A stretch of DNA of 62,421 bases, the filler included, from Choristocarpus tenellus KU-1152 (lineage: Eukaryota; Protista; Phaeophyceae): assembly GCA_964200185.2 (NCBI GenBank). It is 11 parts of 11 records of this genome, joined end to end, with 100 filler letters (N's around TTAATTAATTAA, not from the genome) between each part and the next. Parts side by side here need not be neighbours in the genome. Positions count along the whole stretch, not along the records: positions 1 to 7,081 come from CAXNAD020006737.1; positions 7,182 to 9,865 come from CAXNAD020025675.1; positions 9,966 to 21,304 come from CAXNAD020002380.1; 8 more parts are not named here. One strand, 5' to 3'. The notes beneath the pieces were generated by a model. That model was not told the DNA's origin. It saw only the letters and a list, made by a program, of their open reading frames with translations, and searched no databases. How positions within the stretch are numbered: position 1 is the stretch's first letter; every line of letters begins with the position of its first letter. Position numbers and translations under genes: made by a program. Of the stretch, positions 1 through 12,760 are shown in pieces.

Positions 1-1299
1 GGGGGGGGGGGAGTTGTCTTGCTTATTGATGGTTGAGGTTGCTGTGGATTTTTTTTGGGTGTGATGAAAAAAAGTAGTACGTCCTGTTGAACAATAATAA
101 ATATAAAAAGTGACAAAGAGTTTTGAAGTATGTTTTGTTAGTGACAAAAATCGACTTTATTTTCGTGATAATAACTGTAATAATAATAATAATAGTAATA
201 ATGATACTTTCAAAAGGTACTCTACTTTTGAAGTATGCAGTGTGCTTTGATGGATGCTCAGAATGGTCTTGGATGGTTCTTCAGTACATTGTCTATTTGT
301 TTCTTAGTTTCCATCTGTACCCCTGGGGAAAAAGGTCTCCTGGATCTACAAACTCAGTCTCCTTAAGAAGCACACTGTTGAAAGGTGAGATACATCCACC
401 TTTAAAAAAAAAAGATTGGTCAGTTCACAATATACCTCTTGTAAAAAAAAACTGTCTCTTGACATTTTTTCACAGCAGCCCGATCTGTCGGGTAGACATG
501 CGGGTGTGTGATGTTTGTATTTTTAAAAATTTTAGTATTGTTTTGCACAATTGTGTTGTGTGCCTGTGTGGCAGAGACAGGTAACGAACAGGTAAGCGAG
601 AACCTGACTCACCGGCAAAATTATTATTTATTTATATATTCCAAGGCAATTCAGTGCAAGACTTTTGGAGGAGAAAAAAATCATTTGAAGATGAAAATTT
701 AACGAACAATCTTTTTCTACTCCAAAAAATCTATTGTAAGTTTAAAAATTCGATACATTACTTTTTTAAAGAGTCAAATTTTGTACATACATAAACTGAG
801 GAATATTCTTTTCTGCCTCGATTTCGGTGTTAGGATGTGTGAGCTGGGCAATTGTGAGTACCCTTTTGTGGATAGTTGGAAGGCATTTTGAAAAGTAGTT
901 ATTTTTTGTCATTATTATTATTATTATTGTTAGTAGTAGTAGTAGTGTTGAAAGTTATAGATGGGACCTTTTCATTTTTTTCTTGGAGGATGACTGTAGG
1001 TAAGGTGGGGATTGAAAGAAATGTTTTGAAGTTTACTAGAATATTCCATGGATATTCTGCGTCCTTTGCAGAACAAATTTGCCAAGAGGTCCTTTTCCAC
1101 TTTAAACAGCATATGTAATATACAGATACATGTTGTGGATGTTGGAACCATCATCTCAGACAACAGTCCCCCCTCCTCCCGTACTGGCTTGCCTGTTGTA
1201 CCCCTCAGTTTGTTTTTAAAAAATCGTATAAATATTTATGTATATTATTTCTTGTCATTTTTAACCCCTTTTGTTGTTATTTTACTATCTTGACTGCAG

Positions 1300-1654
1300 A
1301 TCGCTCTATGACCTGGGGTCTGCAAAACAAACAAAAACCGCACCAATGGGAGATGGAAACCCCGTCCCAAGGGGTCATTTCAGCAGCACTGGTGAGAACA
1401 AACCACACCAAGGGCCTGAGACAGCAGGGCCTGGGGCAGGGGCTATACGTGATGGCAGGGAGGGGGGTCATGGTTCAGGAGTGTTTGTTGATTTGGATGT
1501 CGCTGTGAAGGAGTCTGATTCGGATGCTGCCATCGAGCCGCATCTTCTTGCAGAACTGCAGCGAGCTAGGGAGGCTGCTGCGAGGTGGAAAGGCCACGGA
1601 GGATGGGATGGTGGGGATGTTAAGAAAAGGCTGGTGCCGGCGGAGTTTGAAAAG
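1300..1654 (+). CDS. UBA1: Ubiquitin-activating enzyme E1 (UBA1/UBA6-like), internal exon
   Basis: ctgcag acceptor at 1297-1299; the frame is open and ends LVPAEFEK|gtagga; it splices in phase 0 to DDD at 5671, rebuilding the E1 FEKDDD motif. Confidence 0.75.
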
Positions 1655-2340
1655 GTAGGAAGGCGTGGGATGGGTGTTGAGCGATGGGGAATGGGAAGGG
1701 GAAGGGAAGGGGGTTAGAGATGAAAAATGAGAGTTTGTGATATGGCACACCTGTGAATGTTTGAATTCCTGTTTGTTTGATGTGCTAGTCTGCGACTGAT
1801 TTTTTTGGTTGGCATGTTTTTTTTACTCTTCAGTGCAGTTTTGATGGTCTATCAGAAGCTCTTGGCCTGGGTAGAGATGGATGGATAGGTCGATAGGTCC
1901 CCATACTGTTTGTTATCTATCGCAGAGCGGTGTTTAAAGTTTAAAAAAAAAGAGATATGTTTTGCTCTGAGAGTTGTGTCTGTTTTCCATTTTTTCCTTA
2001 AGAAAAAAAACGTTTGGGGATTTTTTTTATTTCTTGATAAAAATTGTGGGAAGAGCGGCTCATTTTTTTTTCTGAATTGTTTGATTTTATTTATTTCGCT
2101 CATTAGATCATTTATTATTATTATTATTATTGCAGAGAAAGCGAGAAATGGAAGAAATTTGAAATAATATTAATATTAAAAAAAGAGAAATATTGTAAGA
2201 ACAATAAATATGTATGTCTGTTGTACTTGATTGATCATGAGTACTATCGTGGTCCAGGCAGAGTTCTGACCCATTTACTACCCCAGTTACAAGATAGCCT
2301 TTGCTGCCCTTGATAACTAACCCTTGGAGCGGTCGCGCCT

Positions 2341-2622
2341 TACGGTCTGTTAGTACAGTCCGTTAGTACTGAGTACAATCTGTTAGTACTGAGTACAATC
2401 TGTTAGTACAGCTGGCTAGTACAGTCTGTTTGTACAATTGTTTAGTGCAGTCGGTTAGTACAATCTGTTAGTACAATTTGTTTGTACAATCAGTTAGTAT
2501 AATCAGTTAGTACAGTCTGTTAGTAAAATCTGTTAGTACAATCTGTTAGTACAATCAGTTAGTACGGTCTGTTAGTACAATTTGTTTGTACAATCAGTTA
2601 GTACAGTCTCTTAGTACAGTCA
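2341..2622. repeat. Intronic 13-bp minisatellite (CTGTTAGTACAAT-like)
   Basis: Directly visible degenerate tandem array. Confidence 0.9.
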
Positions 2623-2969
2623 GTTGTTGTTTTTGTCAGGAGAGACTTGAGAGTCGGTCTGGGGTGTAGTACCTGTTGTCCACAAGGTTCCCTCATGAAG
2701 GTCTATTTCTTGTTCAATGTTACGTTCTTGTAGGGTTAGAGTTAGGGTTGGGGTTAGTTACGTGCAAATGCATCTTGATATTCTTCTTGTGGCCTAAGAA
2801 CCTACCTACTGCATTGGAGTGGGACTATGTGGCAGATTTCAGTAGTATTATTTTACAAATATTATTTTACAAGGTGCTTGGCACCACAACAGAGATGGAT
2901 CTTGACCGTGATTTGCTCTACTGTGTTGTCCAGGTGGTGCTTCGTCTTTTACTCCAGAGTAGATTGTTT

Positions 2970-3142
2970 AGTGTGAGTTGTGTTGTCTGAGTAGTATGTT
3001 GTCTTAGTTGTGTTATGTGAGCAGGAAGTATGTTGTCTGAGTTGTGTTGTGTAGGTGGTAAGTATGTTGTCTTAGTTGTGTTAAGTGAGTAGTAAGTATG
3101 TTGTCTGAGTTGTGTTTTGTGAGTAGTAAGCATGTTGTCTGA
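2970..3142. repeat. Intronic minisatellite of about 34 bp (AGTATGTTGTCTxAGTTGTGTT core)
   Basis: Visible tandem recurrence of agtatgttgtct...agttgtgtt. Confidence 0.8.
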
Positions 3143-3749
3143 GGCGTGCACTGTTGATTGAGAGGGTGTGAGGCAATATTTTCTCAAAGTATTGGGAGTT
3201 GGAACATGAAAGAGTGGCGTCCATGGTTGACAGCCTCTACAAGAGGGTTCTGAAATGCGTATTTTAAATTTGAAGAGAGATTTTATGTCACATTTACACA
3301 CAGTTTGTCTTGAGAACTGTTCCTAAATAGTCTTGTGTTCATGTGTCTATCATCCATCACCCATCTCTAGGAATAGGTTAGGTGTTAAGGGCGGTTAGGG
3401 TTGAAGGTCATTTTGCATTGCTCATAACCTCAGGGATGTTCAGATTGGATGATGTTGCACCAGACAGACTCCGCGCTGTGAGCTCCAGAGCGCCAAATGG
3501 GTGGCTATAGGTTGCTACAGAGCGACTCAGAGTAACTCAGAGGTGTTAGAAACGCCTCTTTTTCGGTAAAGTAGTTTTTTTCCATATTTTTCCTCTTTTG
3601 TTTATGATGTCAGTCTCAAGTAGGATGTGGACAACAGTACTATATTGAAGTTTCCTGTGATACAAGGTAACAAATCGACCTTCAAACGTCATCCACAACA
3701 AAAAATAAAAAATACTTTTTTTTTCTGTGTCAAGGTCACCTCTTTTTGT

Positions 3750-4260
3750 CTGAGGTCCAGAACCGTTGTTCATGAGTGTCAAAGTACCTGCATACAGGCA
3801 TACAACACCCCCTCCGTTCTTGGTCGATACGTGGCTGATTCAAATTCTGATTTTTGATTTGACCTCAAAGGAGGAAGTAGGTCCAGAGAAAGTATGTACG
3901 CTTGCAGCAGATGATCGTGACGCATTTTGATGGCCTATATAGATAGATAAATATATATATATCCAAGAAATAGATTACTTGCAGCGAATCAAATTACACC
4001 GGTGCTTGTGCATTGCATGTCCAATGAACAATAAATAGATTGGCGGGATTTTAGGCCATCAAAAATGGGGACAAGATCAGACCTTTTATTGACACGTCGG
4101 TCATTTATTGCAAGTATCCATCACCCCCCAAGAGCTGTTTCCTCTCCAACGTCAAATCAAGGATCAGAATTCGAATCAGTTATATACATAGACCAAGGAC
4201 AAAGGGAGCGAGGGTTGTATGTGTGTGCTTGGTGGTTGTGAATGGCACTTCTGGACCTCG
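3750..4260. repeat. Degenerate long inverted repeat (foldback/MITE remnant) in the E1 intron
   Basis: gaggtccagaa...gattcaaattctgatttttgatttgac...ttttgatggccta (3752-3938) mirrors taggccatcaaaa...gtcaaatcaaggatcagaattcgaatc...ttctggacctc (4052-4259). Confidence 0.65.
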
Positions 4261-4899
4261 GTCAGTAAGAAGTGGGCTAACTTCTTCTCAAAAAAAAAAA
4301 TGGCGTCTGCCTCTCGATAAGGTCCCCTTCCGAATTCTAACAATCATAGGACAAGAAAAAACATAGTTTTTAGAATATTCCAAGCAAATATTTTGGTATT
4401 ATTTTTCTGAAGGTAGTAGCTGCTCACAAGACACCAAAAAGAAACAGCTTTTTTTATTCGGGTGATTGGTTGGTTGGAATAATGACAGAAAGTGAAACAA
4501 TGAATAAGCAGTTTGATCTGGTAGGTACGAGGCTGTCATCTGGTAGGTGTTTAGGGGTTAGGGTTAGGGTTAGATGAATCAGAGCTTTTGTCTTGTGTAT
4601 GGGATGGCCTATCATGAGCAGTAAGTAAAAAGTAATTTAATACCTCTATATGTGCAGGGTGTTTGCTGTGACTGCCGAAGCCTAGACTATTTTGTAACAG
4701 TGTGTTACATTAATCATTCTGTGCTAGTAGTAGTAGTATGAACTAAGGACTGTATATTGCACTGAACTATTTATGGCACAGTGAAAGTTAATAGCTAAGA
4801 GGCGTTTTGAGTTTTTGACATTTTTTTCACCTTAAAAAAAGAAAAGAATTATGATATTCGAAATCGAGACATGATGCATACACCTTGCTTCAGCAAATT

Positions 4900-5345
4900 G
4901 AGAGGGAGTACCCACGATAAAGGCCAAATGCACCCCCACTAATACTTTGGACTGAGAGATTCAAAAATATGCTGCACCAGAAAATTGAAGGGGTACTTGA
5001 AACTCAGTGGCACTTCCCCCTTTTGATTATATTGTCCCTGTAATGCGGAAATGGTTTTGCTCCTGTCAAAGGGGACAGGGTTTCTATGTTGGATTTGATG
5101 AGGGCTTGTGCGGGGTGGAGATGACGCTTTCATGTGTATGTTGATCTGTGTTAGGGTGAGGGGAGGGGTACACATGCCCCAAAATATTTTTGAAGAGATG
5201 GAAAGGAATCTTGTTGATATGTCAGCCCCATGTTGCCGTCTCAAGGCGCTAGGTAGCACAACTGGCTCGGGTACTTTCGGGATTGAGGTTTTTGGGATGG
5301 TGGTCAAAGTACTGACCATTGAGGAGAGGAATAAGCCGACCCCTT
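4900..5345 (-). pseudogene. Possible decayed LTR-retrotransposon pol fragment
   Basis: Weak resemblance only of the minus-strand translation to the start of gypsy RT; no intact motif. Confidence 0.25.
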
Positions 5346-5670
5346 TTATTCTCACCTTACCTCTTTATGTATCTCATCTCTCTGTGTAAACTGTGCTCGG
5401 CTGTTTTTTTTCCCCCCGATAGAGTACAGGCCCTTGCATGATGTTATCATTTATACCTCCTGAACATCTCTGGTTTGAAGTACATAACATAGTAGTCAGT
5501 TTGGTAGCACAAGTTGTTTCTGTTCTTCGGTATCAATTTCTTGGACGCCTCTTCCTCAAGAGCTCACTCCTAAAATCACATCACATAGGCCAACCACCCT
5601 GTCTGCTCCAACTATGTCTTCCCTTCCCCCCACCCACCCACCCACCTACTTCCCACTATCCCTGTGGCAG

Positions 5671-5850
5671 GACGATGATGCCAATGGCCATGTGGATTTT
5701 GTCACTGCTGCCTCCAACTTGCGTGCCCTTAACTATGGTATCCCCCCTGTAGACCGCCTTTCCACCAAGAGAATAGCAGGCAAGATCGTTCCCGCCATTG
5801 CCACCACCACAGCTGTGGTATCTGGACTGGCATGTGTTGAGTTCCTCAAG
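5671..5850 (+). CDS. UBA1: Ubiquitin-activating enzyme E1, exon of the adenylation-domain C-terminal half
   Basis: cag|[60 protein letters not shown]|gtgaag; canonical E1 motifs (xAASNLRA, IAGKIxPAIATTT). UBA1 versus UBA6 cannot be settled here. Confidence 0.95.
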
Positions 5851-6701
5851 GTGAAGTGGATGGCTTCACAGGAGAAGAGAGGAGTTCAAGGTAGCGATTA
5901 AGAGATGAAGTGGATCTCTGTTCCTGGTGGTGTAGTGTGGGGGTGTTTGTATGTGGTGGAAGGCGAATGAGGGGTATGAGTGCATGCGTGTGTGTGTGGG
6001 GGAGGGGGGGGGTGTATGTTTATGTGTATGTGTGTGCATTTGAGAGGAAAGAGGGCTTTGTAGGGGCTTGCTTTTGCTCTTGTTTTTGAAACAGTTTGGG
6101 CAGGAGTGCGTTACTAGTGTGTGGGGAATTTTCTGGGGTTATGTTTGTTTGATGGGTTGGGACAACAATCAGCATTGATTGTGAAGCTACTATCATAATC
6201 TCCTATCATTGGACTTGTTTGTAGCTTGAAACAGGAGGACAAGGGAGGCGTGTATGACTTTTGTTGGGGGAAGGATTTCATTGGATGCGCTTGGATAAAA
6301 ATGGGTCCTTGCACACACTATAAAATGGTTCCATAGCATTATCAATGAAACATGATACAATTCAAATCACAGAAGATGCTACTACTGTCTAGGGCAGAGT
6401 TGATTGGATTCTTGTCCCCTAGAGCTCTAGCCCTAGAGTTGCGTGATTGACTTGGTATTTTTTGGCAGTATTTGATTATCAGAGCTCGCACAGGCGTGCC
6501 ACAGGTCACACACAATGAGCCCTGTTAGTGCTCCTTTCCCCCCATCCTCCTAGTTCCACCTACCCACCCACCAACCCCAGTCCTACTCTCTCTGTCTCCT
6601 CTATCCTTCCTTTTTTTTCAATCCTCCCCTGTCCCACTTGTCAATCCCACTTGTCAACTCATTTCCTCTCTCCCCCATCCATTCTTACTCTCCTCTGTCA
6701 G

Positions 6702-6937
6702 TTGGTGCAGGGCGCCCCAATGAGTGAGCATAAGAACGCCTTCATCAATTTGGCTACTCCCTTTGTCACCTTCTCGGAACCTGTCGAGGCTGAGCCGATC
6801 GAGGGACTGGGGGGAGGGAACGGTGGCGGGGCAAAGGGAACAAAAGGATATTTCACCATCTGGGACAGGATCACTGTAGAAGGGGCAAGGGACTTGACGC
6901 CCCGCGGACTGATTGGTTTCCTTCGTAGAGAGTACGG
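6702..6937 (+). CDS. UBA1: Ubiquitin-activating enzyme E1, exon entering the ubiquitin-fold domain (3' part beyond contig end)
   Basis: Polypyrimidine tract plus cag, then LVQGAPMSEHKNAFINLATPFVTFSEP...FTIWDRITVEG...; KNxFxNLAxP and TxWDR are E1 motifs; donor gtgagg at 6938. Confidence 0.9.
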
Positions 6938-7081
6938 GTGAGGACAATACAAGGTGTACCTCGGAGAGGAAGACATGTTTGGGAATATAGGGGGTTTGGT
7001 GGGGGCAAGGCAGGTACCAAGCAGGGAGCTCGGGAGAAGAGAAGAGTTTATGTACTACACCTCATTATTTGTTGGGTTGGT

Positions 7082-7181
7082 NNNNNNNNNNNNNNNNNNN
7101 NNNNNNNNNNNNNNNNNNNNNNNNNTTAATTAATTAANNNNNNNNNNNNNNNNNNNNNNNNNNNNNNNNNNNNNNNNNNNN
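7082..7181. other. Artificial contig-joining spacer; identical spacers at 9866-9965, 21305-21404, 26938-27037, 31268-31367, 34855-34954, 39162-39261, 44412-44511, 51493-51592 and 58215-58314
   Basis: N44-TTAATTAATTAA-N44 gives stops in all six frames and is repeated ten times; a separate 10-N gap lies at 36903-36912. Confidence 0.99.
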
Positions 7182-8386
7182 ATCCCTCCCCCTTCTCTGC
7201 TGCATTGCGGTTCTGCACCATGCCCTTGCCCATATGCGGGGGGGGGGGTCACGCCACCCTGCTGTATGGAAGGCCACACCCCCTTTTCCAGTCATGGCAT
7301 TTTTTCCTTGATCGCTGGCAAAAACTGGTCTGTGTATCACTCCAGGTACCATTCGGTGTTTAGAGTGACATCGACCTCATGTCATCCTCCTTGCCCTTCA
7401 TGTTCTGCGCTGTAGTCCATTGAACCTCGTTCGCGACACAAACACACCAGATCCCGACCTTGCTATCGAAATCATGGGAAGGATTTGGGCGTGAAACGGC
7501 AGAGATGAACATCACTTTGAGAATGTGACCCTTGTGCTGCACCTTTGCCGAGCCCTCCTTTTCCTCTCTCGGGAACATGTGCACCATCTCTCGTTCATGG
7601 ATTAGGTAGAACCACGCCTCGTCGATGTGAATGGTGTCGAGACCAGTCCTGTGGGTTTTGCAGTTGCAGGGGATCTGGTGGAGGATGAAGTCCACCCTGT
7701 TCTTGTGAGCAAACGAAAGGTGAAGGGAGTTGCACCGCTGAACCCTCATTGCCCCTACGGCTTTGAGATGCTGACTGCAAGGCCCGCTTTGGTGAGCTTG
7801 GTGGAAAGTTGGTTGATAGTCAGCGTGGGGTTACTGGCATTGATTTCCCGGATCTTCGCTTGTTTTGTTGGTGTGAGGTCCAACGGCCATCCAGATTGTG
7901 CTTGTGATTTCGGTGAGACAGTATTCCCCATTTAACTGTTCTTTGATGTGCACCCACACCCATCTAGGGTGTCTCTCTCCCACCCTAAACTATTTCGCCA
8001 ATTTAGATCCCACAACACTCAGGAGCCTCTCATGACCCGGAGGAAGAGCTAATGCGTCAGATCAAGTGTGGTCAAACCTTCCTCGGTAATCTCACTCCTT
8101 TCTTTCCCCGAGATGGTGGGCTTCATGCCGTGGATGACAGGCTGTGGGGGCTTGCCATGGGGTTGTGAGAGTATTGTACGACTCCACACTGTAGCAGGAA
8201 CATTAAAAAATGGGACAAATATGCCCCATTCTGTGTTCCATTCTTTCGGAACCACTTCAGCACAGAATTCTTTGCAGAATAAAATGTAAAATGTTCCAAG
8301 GAATCCAACGTAAAAGTTCGTTTCGTCATCGGATGTCATTCTGAAGAGGCACAATTTAACGGCCCAGATGTATGGGACAGAGAGAG
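7182..8386 (-). mobile_element. Tc1/mariner (plant-type DD39D) element: 5' terminal inverted repeat (TIR) plus disrupted transposase, truncated by contig end
   Basis: Translation HIDEAWFYL...KVMFISAVSRP...FDSKVGIW (7360-7749) matches the HIDEKWFYL/KVMFLxAVARP/FDGKIGIW motifs; minus-strand terminus TA|CTCTCTCTGTCCCATA at 8388-8371; 8020-8386 is homologous to 24724-25216. Confidence 0.9.
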
Positions 8387-9481
8387 TATTATTTTATTCC
8401 TTCTGATGTTACGTACACCTCATACCCTCTAAGTATTATACGGTATACACAGTGTAACTGTATACAATAAAGCTGAAACGGAATAACGTTCTGGTTTTAT
8501 AACCAAAGCTACATCTCCACAGCAAATCCGACAAACTTGTCACATGAACAAATTATTACAATCAAGATTACTTACTGCGAACAACAACACTTGTACTCTT
8601 CACACTACTACCCATGGAACAAATGAACCTTTTCTCCTGAATCAACTGACAAAAAAGGTACCTAGTGACCCATGGATCCTTCCTGACGATGATGCTTCTT
8701 TCTACATAGCTACCTCATGCCAAAATTGTAATTACTAACGCATTAACAAGAACAGTAATAATAATACAAACTTTGAGAGGGTATGTAGGATGTAGCAGAG
8801 GGGAAAATTCAACCCAACAACTGAAAGTGTGATGAAAAACAGGCGATTCATTCCATCCTTGTATTGATGAAGTGGTGGTGGAAGTGTTGGTTGCTCTAAA
8901 TTCCTCTACAGTCCTAACTCTAAATCACGAGGAAAGACAAATAATAAAAAAATTGGATATGCCTTTCTTCACAGTTTGTCGTTAGCATGCTGATTACTCG
9001 ATACCCACCCTCCTCCATTACCCACGAGGTTGCTCTCCTTTGCCCCCCAAAACAACACTGTTCATACTGTTAACAGGAATGTCAAAACAACTTGTGGAAC
9101 AAAAATGCCTTCCCCTGTCACCAGCAAAGTCAAGGAATGTCCTCGAGCCTGACCAGCATCCAGAAAAAAAAGTCAAACCAAAACACATCAATAATAGAGA
9201 TATGGTATATTTTTTGCGATGATTTTCTTGTGCTGTCAGTAACTAAACGAGATGGCAATCGAAATGCAAGGCAGGCAGGCAGGCAGGCAGTCCTCCAAAG
9301 CAAGAAAAAAGTCCAAAAAGCAAACACAGCCACAAAACATAACTTCATCACCCTTGCTCAGCCTTCAACTGCCGCGAAGTACACAATGATCAACATCATT
9401 GGAAGCTCCCACACCCCATGGTCCAGGCACAGTACTAGAAACATGGTTAATCCTGATCCATCTGGGTGGCCAATTGATTCT

Positions 9482-9637
9482 TTACGGACCCGAATCCAAC
9501 AGGCCTGCAGTCATCCAACAACCAACGGCAGAGGGGGGACGGTGGTCCTCCCTCCACACCCAATCGTCGCTGAGCCGGTTAAAGAGAGCACGTGCTCTTG
9601 CCACACTCGCCTCAACTGAGCGCGCTTCAAATCGAAC
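9482..9637 (-). CDS. Possible terminal exon of an unknown gene
   Basis: ctacag acceptor, open frame VRFEARSVEASVARARALFNRLSDDWVWREDH...SGP*; GC-richer island in C/A-skewed flanks; no family recognised. Confidence 0.3.
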   Translation of the reverse strand, partial: VRFEARSVEASVARARALFNRLSDDWVWREDHRPPSAVGCWMTAGLLDSGP

Positions 9638-10413
9638 TGCTGTAGAGCATACAAGGAATAAAACACTGCGTGTGCAAGGTCTTGTACCAAAACCGACACT
9701 TCAAAAAAAGAAAAAACTCGAAAATGAAAAAACCCGTAACAGCTACATAGTTTCTACCCGGGTCGAAGAAAAAAAAAGAAAATGTTCTTATTATAATAAT
9801 AGTACGGAGACACAAAGATACTGTAAGGCGGCCGGAGGGAGGAAATGAAGGGAGGGGTTGTGGGGNNNNNNNNNNNNNNNNNNNNNNNNNNNNNNNNNNN
9901 NNNNNNNNNTTAATTAATTAANNNNNNNNNNNNNNNNNNNNNNNNNNNNNNNNNNNNNNNNNNNNCCCTTCCCCTCCTATCCCATTTCTTTGTCTGTGGT
10001 GAACGATCTGCTGTTAAAATGGTGTTGCAATATGGTCTTACATATAATGCTATTACAAAGGTGGTCACCAGAGGATGATGCTGAGTTGGTGGAGATATGT
10101 GCAAGGATGGAATTGACTGCTCCATTTGATGATGAGTGAGTTTTTTCTTGCTCCTAACTATATGAGTACAATTTGGTGATGCTTCTCAGGGTTTAGGAAA
10201 CCCCTCTCAGGGAGGTGTGAGGTGGTCAACAGGGAACAATGACTTGTCTAACTTAATTTCTGAATCAGGTTTAGGGTTAGGGTTAGGGTTTGCATGGTGG
10301 TATTTGTTTGGATAGTTTTGGTATTGATTGAGGCATGTATGCTTGGGAGAGATGAAGGCTTGCACCTTGAAATGTTCATTTTATTTGAGGCATATTTTAT
10401 GTGGATTGTGTGT

Positions 10414-10572
10414 ATGTATCTATGTATCTATCTATGTATCTATCTATGTATCTATGTATCTATCTATGTATCTATCTATGTATCTATGTATCTATCTATT
10501 TATATATGTATGTATCTATGTATGTATCTATGTATATATCTATGTATATATGTATCTATCTATGTATCTATG
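10414..10572. repeat. Compound (TATC/TATG)n microsatellite
   Basis: Directly visible; it explains the repetitive ORFs at 10294-10694. Confidence 0.95.
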
Positions 10573-11925
10573 TAGGGTTACGGTTAGACCCTCCTAATGT
10601 GCAAGTTAGTGCTGGCGATGCTTCTACAATGCTCTGTAGCTATGTCTATTGTCTCTGTAGTGTTCTTTCTTGCTCTGTACTTACTGTTGTCTGAGTTGTG
10701 ACTATTATCATTATCATATGTGAAGTTTGTACTGTAAGTGTTAGGGTTAGTGTTAGGGTTAGGGTTAAACCACAGGTTATGTCAAGGTGTTGGTTTATAT
10801 GGAGAACATTCCTTCTCTCTTAGGACATTTTTTATCACTGTAACATTCAAAGAGTTAGGGTTAGGGTTATAGTGTGGGTGAAGTTGAACTGACTGGACTG
10901 GGCTTTGACTGCTGCTATTACCTTCATGGACCCTCATGGACTTGGTTTGGGAACAATCAAATGCCAAGTGTTCTATCTTAGGGTTAGGGTTAGAGTGTGC
11001 GTGAGTTAGGGTTAGAGTTAGGGTTATGGAGCATTGGATGAATAGAGTCGTCTGGTAGGGTTAGGGTTAGGGCCGTTAAGGAGTCGTGCCTACTTGCTAC
11101 CAATACTCTGCTACAGATCAGATGATCACTCCTCACACCCTAACCCTATCTTAGAGGTGGTTTTTCTATTGCCGTGCATGTGATGGCTGTATTAGTTGTA
11201 CACCAGTTTATTTTTAGGGTTATCAACATGATTTGAGTTGGTTTTGGTGTTGTGGAATACTATTAATGTGAATACTATTAATATGAATACTATTAATTTC
11301 CGTACGTAGTGTGGGACCAAGCCAATGGTGTGACTATTTGGGGGGATTGGAGATATTTGTGAAAAGGAACATCTGGGCCAATGGGATGGTGACCTATGTG
11401 TGGCATTGAACTAATAGTGTATTTAAGAGGTTAGCGTCTTCCCCAGTGCTGTGGAATGCTCCAGAGCGATGCTATTGGCTATGGGGTAGACGTTTCCTAC
11501 AGTGAGGGCAATAATAACATAGGGTTAGACAAATGGTGTGGGATGAACCTTGGTTCAGGTTTTCCACACTTGTTCTCTCATGCATGGATCATTTCCAATT
11601 CCTAGCTACAGGGCAATACTTGGCAGCTATGGGGTAATGCATCTTAATCTTAACACTGGAGCCATTTTTTTTAATGTATTTTTTTGCAGCAGCTAGAGCA
11701 AATACAAAAAAAAAATGCTTCTACTGTGTGTGATCAAAATGAAAAATATATTACATTTTTTTTTTCCTGTTCTATTTTAAAATAGTATTGTGAAATGAGT
11801 GTAAGGCACTGCAGCCCTAACCCTATTGAACATTTCCTCAGTACGGAGAATATATCCGACAGGCTCTTCCTCTTCACCCTCTCCCCCACTCGCCCCTCCC
11901 CTCCTTTTTTTTTTCTTCTTAAAAG

Positions 11926-12062
11926 TGGAGATGACGACCACATTGGGATGGGGGATTTCCCAAATCTCACGAAGGCGTTTGAAGCTGTGGGCAAGGAGAT
12001 GGGTTTGAGTGGAAATGCGTGTTTCCGGAGGTTTAGGCGATTGAGGAAAATACGTGAACAAG
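11926..12062 (+). CDS. Exon of an unknown protein with a Myb/SANT-like helix-turn-helix segment
   Basis: Long pyrimidine tract plus aag, then GDDDHIGMGDFPNLTKAFEAVGKEMGLSGNACFRRFRRLRKIREQ; phase-1 donor g|gtgtag is compatible with the next exon. Confidence 0.65.
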
Positions 12063-12394
12063 GTGTAGTATATGTGTATTTTCGGTGGCATTGTGTGTTG
12101 CTACAGAGTGCTACAGAACGATATGCGGTGGGATTGATGGGTTTTTATTGGGTGGCGTTATGGCTGGTACCACTATTAGTGGTTTTTATCGGTAATTGTA
12201 GTGTGCTCCTGGTTTTCCCACTGCCGCTGTGGAGATGTGATGTCTCTCCAGGGCCTCTTAAAGTTGGAATTTTAATTGGTTAGGGTTAGGGATGGGAACT
12301 GAGGGTAAGGTTTTTTTTTTAGGGTCCAAGTTGGTAGGGTTAGGGCTGTGGTTGGCTGTGTTGATCAGAAGGTGCGTGTGGTAGAAGAATAGCA

Positions 12395-12760
12395 ACTGTA
12401 TCAGGGATAGTGTAAGAATAATAATGTAAGAATGATTGTTGTATCAACAGTAGTTTACGAGAAATAATTGTATCAACAGTAGTGTAAGAATAATAATTGC
12501 GTCAGTAATAGTCTTAAGGAAAATAATTGTATCAATAATAGTGTAAGACTGATAATTGTATCAATGATAGTCTTAAGGATAATAATTGTATCGATAATAG
12601 TGTAAGACTGATAATTGTATCAATGATAGTCTTAAGGATAATAATTGTATCGATAATAGTGTAAGACTGATAATTGCATCAATGATAGGCTTAAGGATAA
12701 TAATTGTATCGATAATAGTGTAAGACTGATAATTGTATCAATGATAGTGTGAGAATAATA
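12395..12760. repeat. Intronic minisatellite of alternating 30/29-bp units (59-bp dimer)
   Basis: ATAATTGTATC core starts at 12552, 12582, 12611 and onward, with alternating cttaagg/gtaagac variants. Confidence 0.9.

Noticed and set aside
123-1293. Hydrophobic ORFs at the window start and a possible 17-nt microexon at 575-591
   Set aside because: The ORFs derive from AT-rich intron simple repeats; the microexon has plausible splice sites but no supporting homology.
7082-7181. Recurrent TTAATTAATTAA palindrome flanked by Ns
   Set aside because: Artificial six-frame-stop linker used to concatenate contigs; not biological, and neighbouring contigs are not necessarily linked.
10294-10694. ORFs with YLCI/YVSM/YLSM repeats
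   Set aside because: Translations of a TATC/TATG microsatellite.
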